Part shown: piece by piece, positions 11,805 through 23,816 of the stretch
Layout: each line of letters starts with the position of its first letter
How positions within the stretch are numbered: position 1 is the stretch's first letter
From: Podarcis filfolensis
Lineage: Eukaryota
Length of the DNA stretch: 64,000 nt
Direction: 5' to 3' (one strand)
Assembly (NCBI GenBank): GCA_964270895.1
Contig: OZ185438.1
Translations under genes and position numbers: made by a program
Notes under the pieces: generated by a model
What the model saw: the letters and a program-made list of their open reading frames with translations, nothing else
Told to the model about the DNA's origin: nothing
Databases searched by the model: none

Positions 11805-11943
11805 ACAACAATCCTGTGAGGTAGGTTAGGCTGAGCAGTTGTAACTGCGCCAAGATCACCCAGTGAGCTTTCTGGCCAAGTGGGGATTTGAACCCTGGTC
11901 TCTCAGGCTCTAGTCCAACCCTCTAACCACTACACCACACTGG
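11805..11943 (-). mobile_element. Older tRNA-derived (MIR/CORE-like) SINE fragment
   Basis: Minus strand starts CCAGTGTGGTGTAGTGGTTAGAG (A box) with B box GGTTCAAATCC, followed by a CORE-like CTGGGTGATCTTGG segment. Confidence 0.7.
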
Positions 11944-12190
11944 AAGCTGCCTTGGTCCACCCAGCTCAGTACTGTCTACACAGACTGACAGTGGCTCCCC
12001 AGAATTTCAGACATGGTTCTCTTGTAGTCCTACCTGGGCAAGCTGGGGATTGAACCTGAGGCCTTCTTGATGAAAAACAGATGCTCTGCCACTGAGCTGA
12101 GGCCCTTCCCAAATTTGGAAAACATTCTTTATTACATTCAAGAGCATTTCGACAGCTGGGTTTTTTTAGTACTGCTTATTTCCACATACA

Positions 12191-12865
12191 ATATGGTCTG
12201 AAGCGCAACAACAAAAAAACGAAGATCATGGCCACTGGTCCCATCACCTCCTGGCAAATAGAAGGGGAAGAAATGGAGGCAGTGAGAGATTTTACTTTCT
12301 TGGGCTCCATGATCACTGCAGATGGTGACAGCAGCCACGAAATTAAAAGACGCCTGCTTCTTGGGAGAAAAGCAATGACAGCATCTTAAAAAGCAGAGAC
12401 ATCACCCTGCCAACAAGGTCCGTATAGTTAAAGCTATGGTTTTCCCAGTAATGTATGGAAGTGAGAGCTGGACCATAAAGAAGGCTGATCGCCAAAGAAT
12501 TGATGCTTTTGAATTATGGTGCTGGAGGAGACTCTTGAGAGTCCCATGGACTGCAAGAAGATCAAACCAATCCATTCTAAAGGAAATCAGCCCTGAGTGC
12601 TCACTGGAAGGACAGATCCTGAAGCTGAGGCTCCAATACTTCGGCCACCTCATGAGAAGAGAAGACTCCTTGGAAAAGACCCTGGTGTTGGGAAACATGG
12701 AGGGCACAAAGAGAAGGGGACGACAGAGGACAAGATGGTTGGACAGTGTTATCGAAGCTACCAGCTTGAGTTTGACCAAACTGCAGGAAGCAGTGGAAGA
12801 CAGGAGTGCCTGACGTGCTTTGGGGTCACGAAGAGTCGGACACGACTAAACAACTAAACAACAAA
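12191..12865 (+). mobile_element. 5'-truncated RTE-BovB LINE, degraded RT C-terminal coding region
   Basis: Peptides such as YGSESWTIKKADRQRIDAFELWCWRRLLRVPWTARRSNQSILKEISPECSLEGQILKLRLQYFGHLMRR; BovB 3' end GGGGTCACGAAGAGTCGGACACGACT(AAACAACT)n; 13-bp TSD ATTTCCACATACA at 12178-12190 and 12866-12878. Confidence 0.95.
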
Positions 12866-12935
12866 ATTTCCACATACATCACAGGTTGGAATCCCAGTCA
12901 ATGTGAGCTCCCTGTGCATACCTTTTACACCAGAT

Positions 12936-13059
12936 CCAGGGAACCTGTGGCCCTCCAAATGTTTGACTCCAACTTCCATCAGCCACAGCTAGGATGACCA
13001 GTGGACAGGCATGATGGGAATTGTATTCCAACAACATTTGGAGGACCACAAGTTCCCCA
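12936..13059. mobile_element. Short palindromic squamate MITE-like repeat (similar copies near 13546-13677, 31845-31930, 36398-36495, 42095-42180, 44780-44840)
   Basis: Imperfect inverted arms GAACCTGTGGCCCTCCAAATGTT / AACATTTGGAGGACCACAAGTTC; recurs across the window. Confidence 0.7.
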
Positions 13060-14242
13060 TTCCCATTTACATCATTTTTTGTCCTAATCAGCATGCAGGG
13101 TCATCTGGACCAGAAGAAGCTCACCATTTAGCCAGGGTCATGGATAATAGCCATTGACAGCCTTACCCAGAGGATAGACTTATTCTCTTTTAAAGCCATC
13201 AGCATGAAGCCCAGTTTCAAGGTCTTATCTTGCATCAGGGCATAACAGTCTTGCTTCTTTATTCAAGGATGGCTTACTTGAGATGTTAAGTTCCATTGGG
13301 GTTCCTGCATGAAATGGTTTAGGGAAAGTGTACAAGACAGACTAGGAATTTTCTCCAAGCAGGCTTGAATAGCAATCTTTTAAATTCATTAATCCAAATA
13401 TATATACAGCTTATGATATGATAATACCAGTAACTACCACTACTACTAACATTAGTCTGTGATAAATACAATTTTGTCTGCGTTTGGCAGTTCATTGTGA
13501 AAGACTGAGCAGTACAGGAAGCTTCTATCAAACCTGTTTATGTGAAGGTGAGGAACCTGCGGTCCTCCAGATATTGTTGGACTCCATTTCCCATCAGCCC
13601 CAGGCAGCATGGCCAGTGGTCAGGGATAAAAGGAGTTGTAGTCCAATAACATCTGGAGAGCCACAGATTCCTTATCTAGAGGGTTAAAGGTTCTCCATTC
13701 ATGTTTTAGGATGAATAGCAAATATCCTTTTGTCATGTTTCATGACAAAATTCATCCCAGTCCATTACTGGTGAGAAATTCCTCCACTAAAAAAATTGAA
13801 AGTTTAATGACTTAAATGGACAAAAGATGCAAAACAATGAAGATCTGAGCATTCAGTGATCTATACCATATTGCTACAATATGCCTTGATTTTGGATTGG
13901 TCACTTTATCTTTAATAAGCGAAAGATAATAAGAAGAGATCCATCAAACTATGCCACATATGACTTGGGGAAGTAGGCAAGAAAATTTACAGACTTCCAT
14001 TTAGGAAAGTAAAACCCCTTTAAATCTGTGGTAGACATTCACGTACATTATACAAACAGCCTTCATAAATGGTACAGGAGAACAGTTGTTTCAGATAGTC
14101 AGCTTCTCTACAGAAAAACAGACATCTTGAGAACTTGTCAACTCATGTCAGATGGCTTTTAGATAACACCAAAATACCAACACCCTTGGGTTTCCAGATG
14201 TTGAGGATGGAGATTAATTTTGAAGAGTCAGAGTCAGGAGGA

Positions 14243-14715
14243 AATCATAGATGTGATAAGATCTCTGGGAAGAAACAACTGAGTGTAGCTGGGGTTTAGG
14301 ATGAGTTCACCATGGCCATTGAGCCAGAATTCGGTGGCTGACTCAAATACCTCCCATATTTCAGAACCTCACATTTCACTACTGAAAGGCTTCCAACATT
14401 CCATCCACAAACAAATCTATAGGCCAGAGTCCTTGTGTTATGGTAAAGATCAGAGCTATGTTTCTGACTCTGACAGACCCAAGCAACTACTTGTTAATAT
14501 CTTGCCTCTTCCTGTTGTACGGGAAAATATCCTCATTAAGCAAGAAGCACCATAAGTGGTGAGGAATAGATGCATGGTCACCATCAGGAAATGGTAACAA
14601 CTTGCTTTCGATTGCAGTTTCATGACTAGCAGAGCCCATTTTTTGCATTCTGCATATCTATCCCATGTCCTTCATGTGGAAAGCACCACTGCTACCCTTT
14701 GCCCACGGATAGAGG
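14243..14715 (+). repeat. Local duplication, copy A (no MITE insertions)
   Basis: Colinear similarity to 16239-17162, e.g. CCATCCACAAACAAATCTATAGGCCAGAGTCCTTGTGTTATGGTAAAGATCAGAGCTA is identical in both copies. Confidence 0.9.
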
Positions 14716-14829
14716 GGCAGGGAATGAATATTGTTTAACCAGTTTCCAAAGGATGCAATATGGGGTATTGGAATACACAGTCCTACTTTGGGGCATGGTT
14801 TTTCACTGCTTGGTTAATTGAGTGGGGTG

Positions 14830-15400
14830 CTTTGTCTCTGCAGTCCCAGATGTCGCACTTGACTTGCGGTTCATGTTGGGTTCGTGTGTCTGGGATCCCA
14901 TAAGAGTATGTGATGTGCTCTTAAGCCCTGCCTGCTGTCTCTTTGTGCAAAATACTTCCTTTTCGTACGAAGTGGCCTTTCACCAAAGTTGTGCATTGTG
15001 TGCTCTAGGTGTAAGAATAAAGTGGTATGGGCCTATTACAAGCACCCTGCTGTCTGAGACATGGATGGATGGGTTTTTATCTATGTGGTGTGCCGTTATT
15101 GGCTAGAGCTGGCTGCAGTCTTTGTCACCACTGCAGCACTGAAGGTGGTGCAGGATAAGCGGCGATGGTGATTTTGGGCTCTCCGTTGAGTGTTTTAATG
15201 TATACCACTTCTTTTTTTGATGAAACATTTCACTGTAGGGGCAGTTGGGCCAATCTTTGAATGAGCATAGGATTCTGAGTTCCGCTAATCTCGCATCATA
15301 CACCCAGGCCACCTATTTTTGTCACTTGCAACAGGGTTTTGGTTATACTGGCAGAATGTTATACTGGCACAAGTGTGGTATGCTGGCATGGAGCACTGAA
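14830..15400 (-). pseudogene. Candidate highly decayed R2-like (RLE-type non-LTR) ORF fragment
   Basis: Frameshifted motifs GGLGV-RLAEL-RIP-MLIQRLAQL, HNFGE and TYSYGI...QVKC occur in the order and approximate spacing I recall for the R2 thumb/linker/CCHC region; many stops and frameshifts. Confidence 0.35.
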
Positions 15401-16377
15401 GCTGTCTTTGGGCTCCACTGGGACAAGGGTATTTGATCAGCATTCTGCTATCATCCAGATAGCATTAATTGAGACTGAAACGGAATTTCAACCAACCAAT
15501 CATGTGCCAGAGCATGTATGAAGCCAAAGACATCAACTTCTGTTTGGTCGAAACATATAATTAGATTTCATTGAATCAAACAGAACACGAGTTCCACAGA
15601 TACATTTGAACTGATGGCGAAATCTTTATAATAAAAACAATTCTTCCAAGCTTCCATCCTGCGATTGAAAGAAAGCCATCTCAAAAGACGAGCCTCACTA
15701 AAGCATGTAAATAACATCAACCAGATCAGCCGAGAAATATTGTTGTGCTTGATTTCTGAGAACACAATCTGTTAGCCATCTCGGATTTCACCAGCAACGT
15801 GGTGATTAAATTAATGTTTCTCTTAGCAACGCTTCATACTGTACTGAGAGATAACTGACCTCAGCATGAAGCCATGCACAAAATATTAATAACATTTTTC
15901 TCTTTAAAAGTTTTTATATAAAAAAGGTTTCTCAAGCAACCAACAGCATGGGATTCAACAGAGATGAAAAGAAAAAGATTGATGTAACATCAATGTGCTG
16001 AATGTAATTCTGCATATTGTATATAAATGTGAAGAAGGAGTACATAGGAATATAACAACACCAGAAGAGCCAGCTGGATCAGGAGAATGGTTCACATAGT
16101 TCAGCATCCTGTTCTCACAGTGGCTAGTGGTAAACCCTCAAGGAGGACCAGAAGAACATTCTGCTTTCCTGTGGTTTCCAGCAAAAGCATAGAACATACC
16201 ACCAAAGAGAAGGCACCAGTATCACACAATATGTGATATCTCATAAATATGAGAAGATCTCTAGGAAGAAACAACTGAGCGTGGTTGGGGTTTAGGTTGA
16301 GTTGACTGTGACCATTGAGCCAGAATTCGGCGGCTGACTCAAATATTTCCCGTATTTCAGAACCTGACATTTCAGTA

Positions 16378-16603
16378 CAGTGGTACCTCGGGTTAAGTAA
16401 TTAATTTGTTCTGGAGGTCCGTACTTAACCTGAAACTGTTCTTAACCTGAAGCACCACTTTAGCTAATGGGGCCTCCTGCTGCCGCCACGCCGCTGGAGC
16501 ACGATTTCTGTTCTCATCCTGAAGCAAAGTTCTTAACCCGAGGTACTATTTCTGGGTTAGCGGAGTCTGTAACCTGAAGCGTATGTAACCCGAGGTAGCA
16601 CTG
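16378..16603. mobile_element. Tc1/mariner-type MITE (CAGTGGTACCTC family), copy 2
   Basis: Same TIRs and body as 10166-10407; TA TSD; empty site present in duplication copy A. Confidence 0.9.
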
Positions 16604-16785
16604 TATTGAAATGCTTCCAACGTTCCATCCACAAACAAATCTATAGGCCAGAGTCCTTGTGTTATGGTAAAGATCAGAGCTAAATATCTGACTCTGACAG
16701 ACCCAAGCAACTATTTGTTCATATCTTGCCACTTCCTGTTGTACAGGAAAATATCTTCATTAAGCACCATAACTGGTGAGGAATA

Positions 16786-17014
16786 CAGTGGTACCTCTGG
16801 TTGCAAATGGTGTCCGTTCCAGAGGCCCGTTCGCAACATGAAAAGCCCGCAACCTGAAGCGCTGTATCTGCACAGGTGCACAGCGTGATTTGGTGCTTCT
16901 GTGCATGTGTGAGCAGCGAAACCCAGAAGTAACCCTTTCCGGTACTTCTGGGTCGCCGCAGGATGCAACCTGAAAAAACGTATCATGAAGCAAACGTAAC
17001 ATGAGGTATGAATG
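16786..17014. mobile_element. Related Tc1/mariner MITE subfamily (CAGTGGTACCTCTGGTTGC...)
   Basis: Same 5' TIR start, different interior, degenerate right TIR, TA TSD; empty site GAGGAATA|GATGCAT in copy A. Confidence 0.8.
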
Positions 17015-17934
17015 TAGTTGCATTGTAATCATCAGGACATGGTAACAACTTGCTTTCATTTGCAGTTTCATGGCCAGCAGAGTCCACTTTTTACATGCTG
17101 CAAAGCTGCCCTGTGTCCCCCATTTGGGAATCACCACTGCTACCCTTTGCCCAGGGACAGAGTGCCATCAGCATGGCACAATATCCTAGCTTATTAAAAA
17201 CAATGTGGTCAGTAGGACATCTGCAGGGAGATGACATAGCTCAGTGGCAGGTTCAATCCCTGGCATTTCCAGGTAAGGCTTGGAAACCTTGAAAGCTGCT
17301 GCAAGTGGTATAGTAAGAAAGACTATCCAGTTGCCACCAACAAATCTATGACCACAGACACGTGTGTGTGTTACAGATGTCTGGTCAGCTCACTGGTATT
17401 TTTGGCACCTGGTGCTTTCTGAGTGGCATGGCACTCCCCACCCTTTCGCCCTTGCACTTCCAAGAAGTCCAAGCTAAACAATGAAGCTGCCATTGTTATC
17501 GCCACTGCTTTTCTTCCAAGAGGCAGCAGGTGGATAGGAACAGCCAGGAACAGTGCTGGGTCAGTGAGATGCTGCAGCGCTTCATAAGGCAGAACATTCC
17601 TGCAGGTGCCATAGAACAAAATGTGGACATAAATACACGCCCTGCAAAATGCCCAGATTAAATTTACACCTTGCACCAGGTATTCCATAATGTTAATGTC
17701 CGTTCCCACACCCAATAAGGTCTCTACAGTGTACGCTCTCTGGGAATCTTCTCAGTGCATTAGAAGTGACAGTAATGTATTGAGCAAGTAACAAAAGCCT
17801 TGTATCTGGAACCCCACAATAAGGAGTTGACTCTGATTTAGACATTTGGCAGGAATTGAAAGAACAGGCCTCGGGTTCTATTTTCATTTTGGAATCCAAG
17901 AATACCAATAGGGCAAATCCAGTGTTAACATTTA

Positions 17935-18331
17935 CCGTATTTTTCGCCCTATAGGACGCACCGGCCCATAGGACGCACTTTTTTTTGGGGGGGGGGGGGA
18001 TAAAGGAAATAAATTTTATTTCCCCCCCCCAGCCCTAAAGAGCAAAGAAGCCATGACAGCGAGCGGGATGGATCCCGCTCGCTTTCCTGGCTTCATTTTT
18101 GGCCTTGGGGCTGGGGGTCCGGGAGCGAAGGCGAGGTTGCGCAACCTCGCCATCGCTCCCGGAGCTTGCGGGGCTGGGGGGATAGCTTCCTGAAGCCTGG
18201 AGAGCGAGAGGGGTCGGTGTGTACCGACCCCTCTCGCTCTCCAGGCTTCAGCGAAAGCCTGTATTCGCCCCATAGGACGCACACACATTTTTGGAGGGGA
18301 AAAAGTGCATCCTATAGGGCGAAAAATACAG
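17935..18331. mobile_element. Tc2/pogo-like MITE with internal palindromes
   Basis: TIR CCGTATTTTTCGCCCTATAGGACGCAC / GTGCATCCTATAGGGCGAAAAATACAG, TA TSD, three internal hairpins. Confidence 0.85.
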
Positions 18332-19948
18332 TATATACTTTTTATTAACACCCACATCTAAATTCTAATCCATCATTTGATTAGTAAGGCCTAGATTTGC
18401 AGAAGGCCTAACAGAGCCATGGAAAAAAGTCCTTTGCTAGTTAATCCAACCAGGATCTATCAATGTTATTATTTTATTCTATTGGGAGCTTTGCTGCGTC
18501 AATCAACACTGTGAACCATAATCTGCTTTTTAATAACAACAACAATATCTTTACTTTGGAAGCAGCTCCTTCTGTCTTCACACACATAACCTGAAAAGCT
18601 TACAGGAAACACAGCTCTCCCAGACCTACTTCCAATCCAGGACAGGTTGATTTCATGCGATGAAAAGGTGCAAAGTTCAAGCCCACTCATCTGTGGATGA
18701 GATCACCCTTGTCGGATTCCTTACAGCTGATTGTAATATAAACCAATGTCTCCCATGTGAGGAGCTCTTGACAGTTAGAAGCAATGATGTCATTTTGGTT
18801 GGCCACTCAGAGACAGGCAGCAAGGGATTAACACAGAAACTTTTCTCCTGATTTTCCTGTAACCTTCAATTTCCTCTGGTGGAAGATTTTTTTTAAAAAA
18901 AATCGTTGCTGTAAGTAGTTCAGGGAATAAGCCTTGTTTTAACATGAGGTTTATGAAAAAGGATATGAAGCAAATTGTAAATTGACATTTGATGTCTGTC
19001 TGACAGTAGTCGTATTGATTATACGCATTCATTTTTTGCTGCTAATGAAGGGGGGGCACTCCTGGTATTTATTCCCCAGGTTCCTGCCATTTTCGTAGAC
19101 AGCGGTGTTATGTATTCCAAGTTCTCACATCCAGGAGGTGGGACAGAGTTTGATTCTGTCGGGGATATATATTTTTAGCAGTGATTCCAGCATTGCAGAG
19201 GGTTGAACTAGACGACCCTTAGGATCCCTTCCCATTCTGCAATTCTCCGATTTATTGCTTTGCTATGGATAGTGCACAGAATCACATTGATGCTCCAGAA
19301 ACATTTGTCCTAGTGTGGCAGCTATCTGCTATAATGGGAGCGGAAGATCAGCATGCCCCTATTTTTTCCTGCTCCTTTATTCTACTAATTACATGAGATA
19401 TAATATGAATGTACTCTATATTATTTCAGGCACAGGTTGCCAACTCCCCCAATCATATTGATGATGTGTGTTCATGTACAATATATGATTCAGAATTCTA
19501 ACTTGTATGCTCCATCTCTACATGTGAAGCTCTGTGTGGCTGTCCTGCTTGCTCACCTTAGGATATTTCTACATATCTAGATCAGCCTTCCACATCCTAA
19601 AGTGTGCCAGATGTGTTGGCCTACGGCTCCTGTCATCTGTGACTATTGACAATGTTGGCTGACCAGCGATGCCATTTCAGGTTTTCATAAATTTGTGGTT
19701 TGCCTGTCGGGTCTTTAGGGAATCTATTTTCCCACTCCTTGCTTATCAGGATCCGGTAATTGACTTCAATTTTTGCATAGGTACAAAACCTGTTTCATCA
19801 TCTGCGGAAATGAATTCCCGTATACTCCACATTAAACTGACTCTTACAAGTAGTGCTATACCGACATCTGCCTTCTCAGCTTCCTGAAAGCTTTCCTCTT
19901 TTATGAAAGAGGCTTTGATTTTTATGCCTCATCCTCAGAGAACTTGAG

Positions 19949-22310
19949 AATTTAAACCAGAAAATATTTGGAGAATGGAGAATAATTAAGGATTATATAA
20001 GATCATATTGTACTAATCACACCATATTAGCAGAACTTGAGTGATACTTGTAAACACAACAAATACCGTTTAAATTAAAACTGTGCGGAAAAAACAAGAA
20101 CAGTATAAACAGTACAACGAGAATGATTGGAAGACTCGTTTTGTTAGAAGTCTTTTTTATTTAAGTGTGTTTTTTTAAAAAATAATATTTATTAAAGTTT
20201 TAAGGGGTACAAAAAGAAAAAGTAAAAAAACATCATTTTAAACAAAAAACAATACAACACATCACAATAGGTAAAGAAAAAAGGGTAAGATACAAAAGAA
20301 AAAGAAAGAAAAAAACCCAGAAAAATAACATCCATAAAAAAAAGACAACAAAAAATACAGCGAATCTTCCCATAACTTAACTTTCATTAGCTTATTTCCT
20401 TGACCTCCTCACACCTCCCTTTTTTGTATTCTAGCTCGATTATCTGTTTCAGCAAATCCTTTCCATCTTTTCAAGTTTTTGTCCTGTAATTTATCTTAAT
20501 ATAATGTAACTTTACTTTCCCTCCTTTCACCAATTAACAGTCAATTTTTTCCTAATCCTTTATAACATTTCTGCTAAAACCACATAACATTCCAACATCC
20601 TTCTAACATTCATTAATTTTACAATGTTTCTGTAAATAGACTTTAAATTTCTTCCAATCTTCCTCCACCGACTCTTCTCCCTGGTCTCGGATTCTGCCAG
20701 TCATTTCCGCCAGTTCCATGTAGTCCATCACCTTCATCTGCCATTCTTCCCGGGTGGGTAGATCTTGTGTCTTCCAGTACTTTGCAATAAGTATTCTTGC
20801 TGCTGTTGTGGCATATATAAAGAAAGTTCTGTCCTTCTTTGGCACCAATTGGCCGACCATGCCCAGGAGAAAGGCCTCTGGTTTCTTCAGAAAGGTATAT
20901 TTAAATACCTTTTTCATTTCATTGTAGATCATCTCCCAGAAAGTCTTAATCCTTGGGCATGTCCACCAAAGGTGAAAGAATGTACCTTCGGTCTCTTTAC
21001 ATTTCCAACATTTATTATCGGGCAAATGATAGATTTTCACAAGCTTGACTGGTGTCATGTACCACCTGTATATCATTTTCATTATATTCTCTCCTAAGGC
21101 ATTACATGCCGTGAACATCATACCTGTGGTCCATAACTGTTCCCAGTCAGCCATCATAATATTGTGTCCAACATCTTGTGCCCATTTAATCATAGCAGAT
21201 TTCACCGTTTCATCCTGAGTATTCCATTTCAACAGCAAGTTATACATTCTTGACAAATTCTTAATTTTAGGATCTAGCAGTTCTGTTTCCAATTTTGATT
21301 TTTCCACCTGGAAGCCAATTTTTTTGTGCAAGTTATATGCCTCCATTATCTAGTAATAATGAAGCCAATCTCGCACTCTATTTTTTAATTTTTCAAAACT
21401 CTGCAGTTTTATTCTGTCTCCCTCTTGTTCCAAAATTTCCCAATATTTCGGCCATTTGGCCTCCATATTGAGTTTTTTCTGAGCCTTCGCTTCCATTGGT
21501 GACAGCCACCTTGGGGTTTTATTTTCAAGCAAGTCCTTATATCTTATCCAAACATAAAACAGTGCTTTTCTGACAATATGGTTTTTAAACGCTTTATGTG
21601 CTTTGACCTTAGCATACCACAAATATGCATGCCACCCAAAAACATTGTTAAAGCCTTCTAGATCCAGCACGTCAGTGTTCTCTAGAAGCATCCATTCTCT
21701 CAGCCAGCAAAAAGCAGCTGATTCATAATAAAGTTTTAAGTCTGGCAGGGCAAATCCACCTCTTTCTTTAGCATCAGTTAATATCTTGAATTTTATTCGA
21801 GGCTTCTTGCCCTGCCAGACAAATCTAGAGATATCTCTCTGCCACTTCTTGAAACACTCCATTTTATCCAAAATTTGCAATGTTTGAAACAAAAACAGCA
21901 TCCTTGGCAATACATTCATTTTTATCGCAGCAATTCGGCCTAGCAATGATAGCTTCAGGTTTGACCATATTTCTAAATCCTTTTTCACTTCCATCCAACA
22001 TTTTTCATAGTTATCCTTAAATAAATTCACATTCTTAGCAGTCATGTTAACCCCTAGGTATTTCACTTTCTTAACCAGTGTTAGTCCTGTCTCCTTCTGA
22101 AACCATTTTTATTTAAGTGTTTAATTAAGTATTAATTAGGAAGAATTTTTTATGTACGTAAATTTGCTTTTTCTTCTTTTTTCTGTATTTTCTTTTATTT
22201 TTTCTTAATTGTTTTTTCTTTAATTTTCTTATTGTAGTATGAGATTGTAAATTATTTGTAAATTCTTTGTATAAATGTGTAATTTAAATTAATAAAGATT
22301 ACTGAAAAAA
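19949..22310 (+). mobile_element. Older L1-clade 3' end (19949-20168 plus 22121-22310), split by the antisense L1 insertion
   Basis: ORF2-like C-terminus NLNQKIFGEWRIIKDYIRSYCTNHTILAELE* (19949-20044); T-rich 3'UTR resumes after the TSD and ends AATAAA...AAAAAA at about 22290-22310. Confidence 0.65.
20169..22105 (-). mobile_element. 5'-truncated L1-clade LINE (ORF2 RT C-terminus, zf-RVT Cys-rich domain, 3'UTR)
   Basis: KVKYLGV, KERGGFALPDLKLYY, KCWKCKETEGTFFHLWWTCP; the two track ORFs are one frame broken by a single TAG (21352-21350); AATAAA (minus) at 20188-20193; 15-bp TSD TTTTTATTTAAGTGT at 20154-20168 and 22106-22120. Confidence 0.95.
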
Positions 22311-22685
22311 GAGAGAATTGATTCGGAGTTTCTGTTGGTGTAATGTTTTGCATTTACTTTATCACACGGATGTCCCTAATAAGCCGTAAGCCCCTGATTC
22401 CCAGCTTTTGTGTAGAGAGGAAAAGGGAGGGGGAGGGACTTGTAGAATTGGTGGAACCTGAGATATGAGGCAAAATATACAAGGTCCATTCTTTTCATTT
22501 TTCTCTGAGAAACTAGCTTGCTTCCCTCCCCTGGAAAAAAATCCTGCCTTGTTCTGAGGTGGCCAAGTCTCCAGGACTCTGCAGCATCCTTGGCTGCTTA
22601 ATCAGAAAAAAGGCCCACAGTGTGAGTTACCTCATGATGTCTAACCCTGGGCTTTAACTGATGTGTGGGCACCCAAAAATGCTTC

Positions 22686-22985
22686 AGGGCGCATGACCGG
22701 TAAGCTGATTTGTAGAATGAAATAAACATTCCTTGGTCACTTCAAAAGTAAAGTAAGCCTGAGAAAAACCCTGTACCTCAAGCATGATATTATAAATAAG
22801 TTTCGATGGATGCCATAATGGAAAACCCAATTGGTATAGTTTTTGTAAAATATTCAGGGATATAAGATTTGTAAAATGAACCATGGAAAGAGAAGGAGGG
22901 AAGTCACAGATATCTCAAGTATGTAAAATGTTTATTTGAAATTGTAAAACAAAAAAAATTAATAAAAAATATATATTTGAAAAAG
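22686..22985 (+). mobile_element. Third L1-clade 3' end fragment
   Basis: Degenerate ORF2-end-like peptide (ARMTGKLIC...), AT-rich 3'UTR, AATAAA and A-rich tail. Confidence 0.55.
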
Positions 22986-23816
22986 AGAATATCTCTGATT
23001 TTCTCTCTCCCCCTTTTTGAAAATTTAAGACGGAAAATTATTTTATCTTTAATTGGTGGATAATGGTTTGGGTTGGGCAAAAATACAGGGTTTTTAAAAG
23101 TGTTTATTTTGATGCTCCCCTAGATGCTTGGGATAAGGGGTGGTATAGGGTTGGAATGGGCTAAGCTGAGAAAATGCTGTTTTTATATTTCAGTCCTTTT
23201 CACATAAAACCAATAATATTAAATCTACTTGAAATGGCTAATTTAGGCTTCTTTTTCTTTTTTTAAAGTGCCATGCTTATTGCGAAAATAGCACAGTATT
23301 GTACTGCCCTCTAGTGTGCAGGAACCCACAATGCGGTGACATTAATAATAGTCAAGCATATAAAAAGAAAAGGCTACCATTGGGCAATGCTTTTATTTGA
23401 AAAGGGAACCACCAGAAACAACTGAGGGAGCTTTCAGTCTTACTGGACATTTCACTATGTACTTGAACAGAATTTCTTTAGAGGCCCATTGGAATATAGG
23501 ACTTGAAAACCAGAGCACAGCAGTGCATTTGATTGTATTTCTCAGCTTCTCAGAAACATTTTGATGAGATTCTTTTGCCATTTAAAAAATAATTCTTGCT
23601 TTTTTTGCTTATGCAGTATCCCTGGTATGAGAAAATCCAGACTGAGGGTGGGGAAAGTGTGGGAAAGCATTGATTTGAATGAGATCATCACATGGACAAC
23701 AAAGAATTAGTGGAGCTTACTAGCCACACTAAACAACAGTATGGAAGAGCCAGAAGTCTAAATTGGTTGCATCACCCCTTTTATTCTGTTCAGTTACTGT
23801 GAACCCCTATCATTCA

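Larger units (their letters stand above)
16239..17162 (+). repeat. Local duplication, copy B (interrupted by two MITEs)
   Basis: Matches 14243-14715 once the inserts at 16378-16603 and 16786-17014 are removed. Confidence 0.9.

Noticed and set aside
15450-15830. Complex non-repeat sequence that looks like a conserved noncoding element (also about 46150-46480 and 48130-48420)
   Set aside because: Conservation cannot be judged from one sequence, and no coherent ORF or structure was found.
19690-19900. Protein-like minus frame (CKSQFNVEYTGIHFRR**NRFCTYAKIEVNYRILISKEWENRFP)
   Set aside because: Internal stops and no family I can recognise; needs a translated search.
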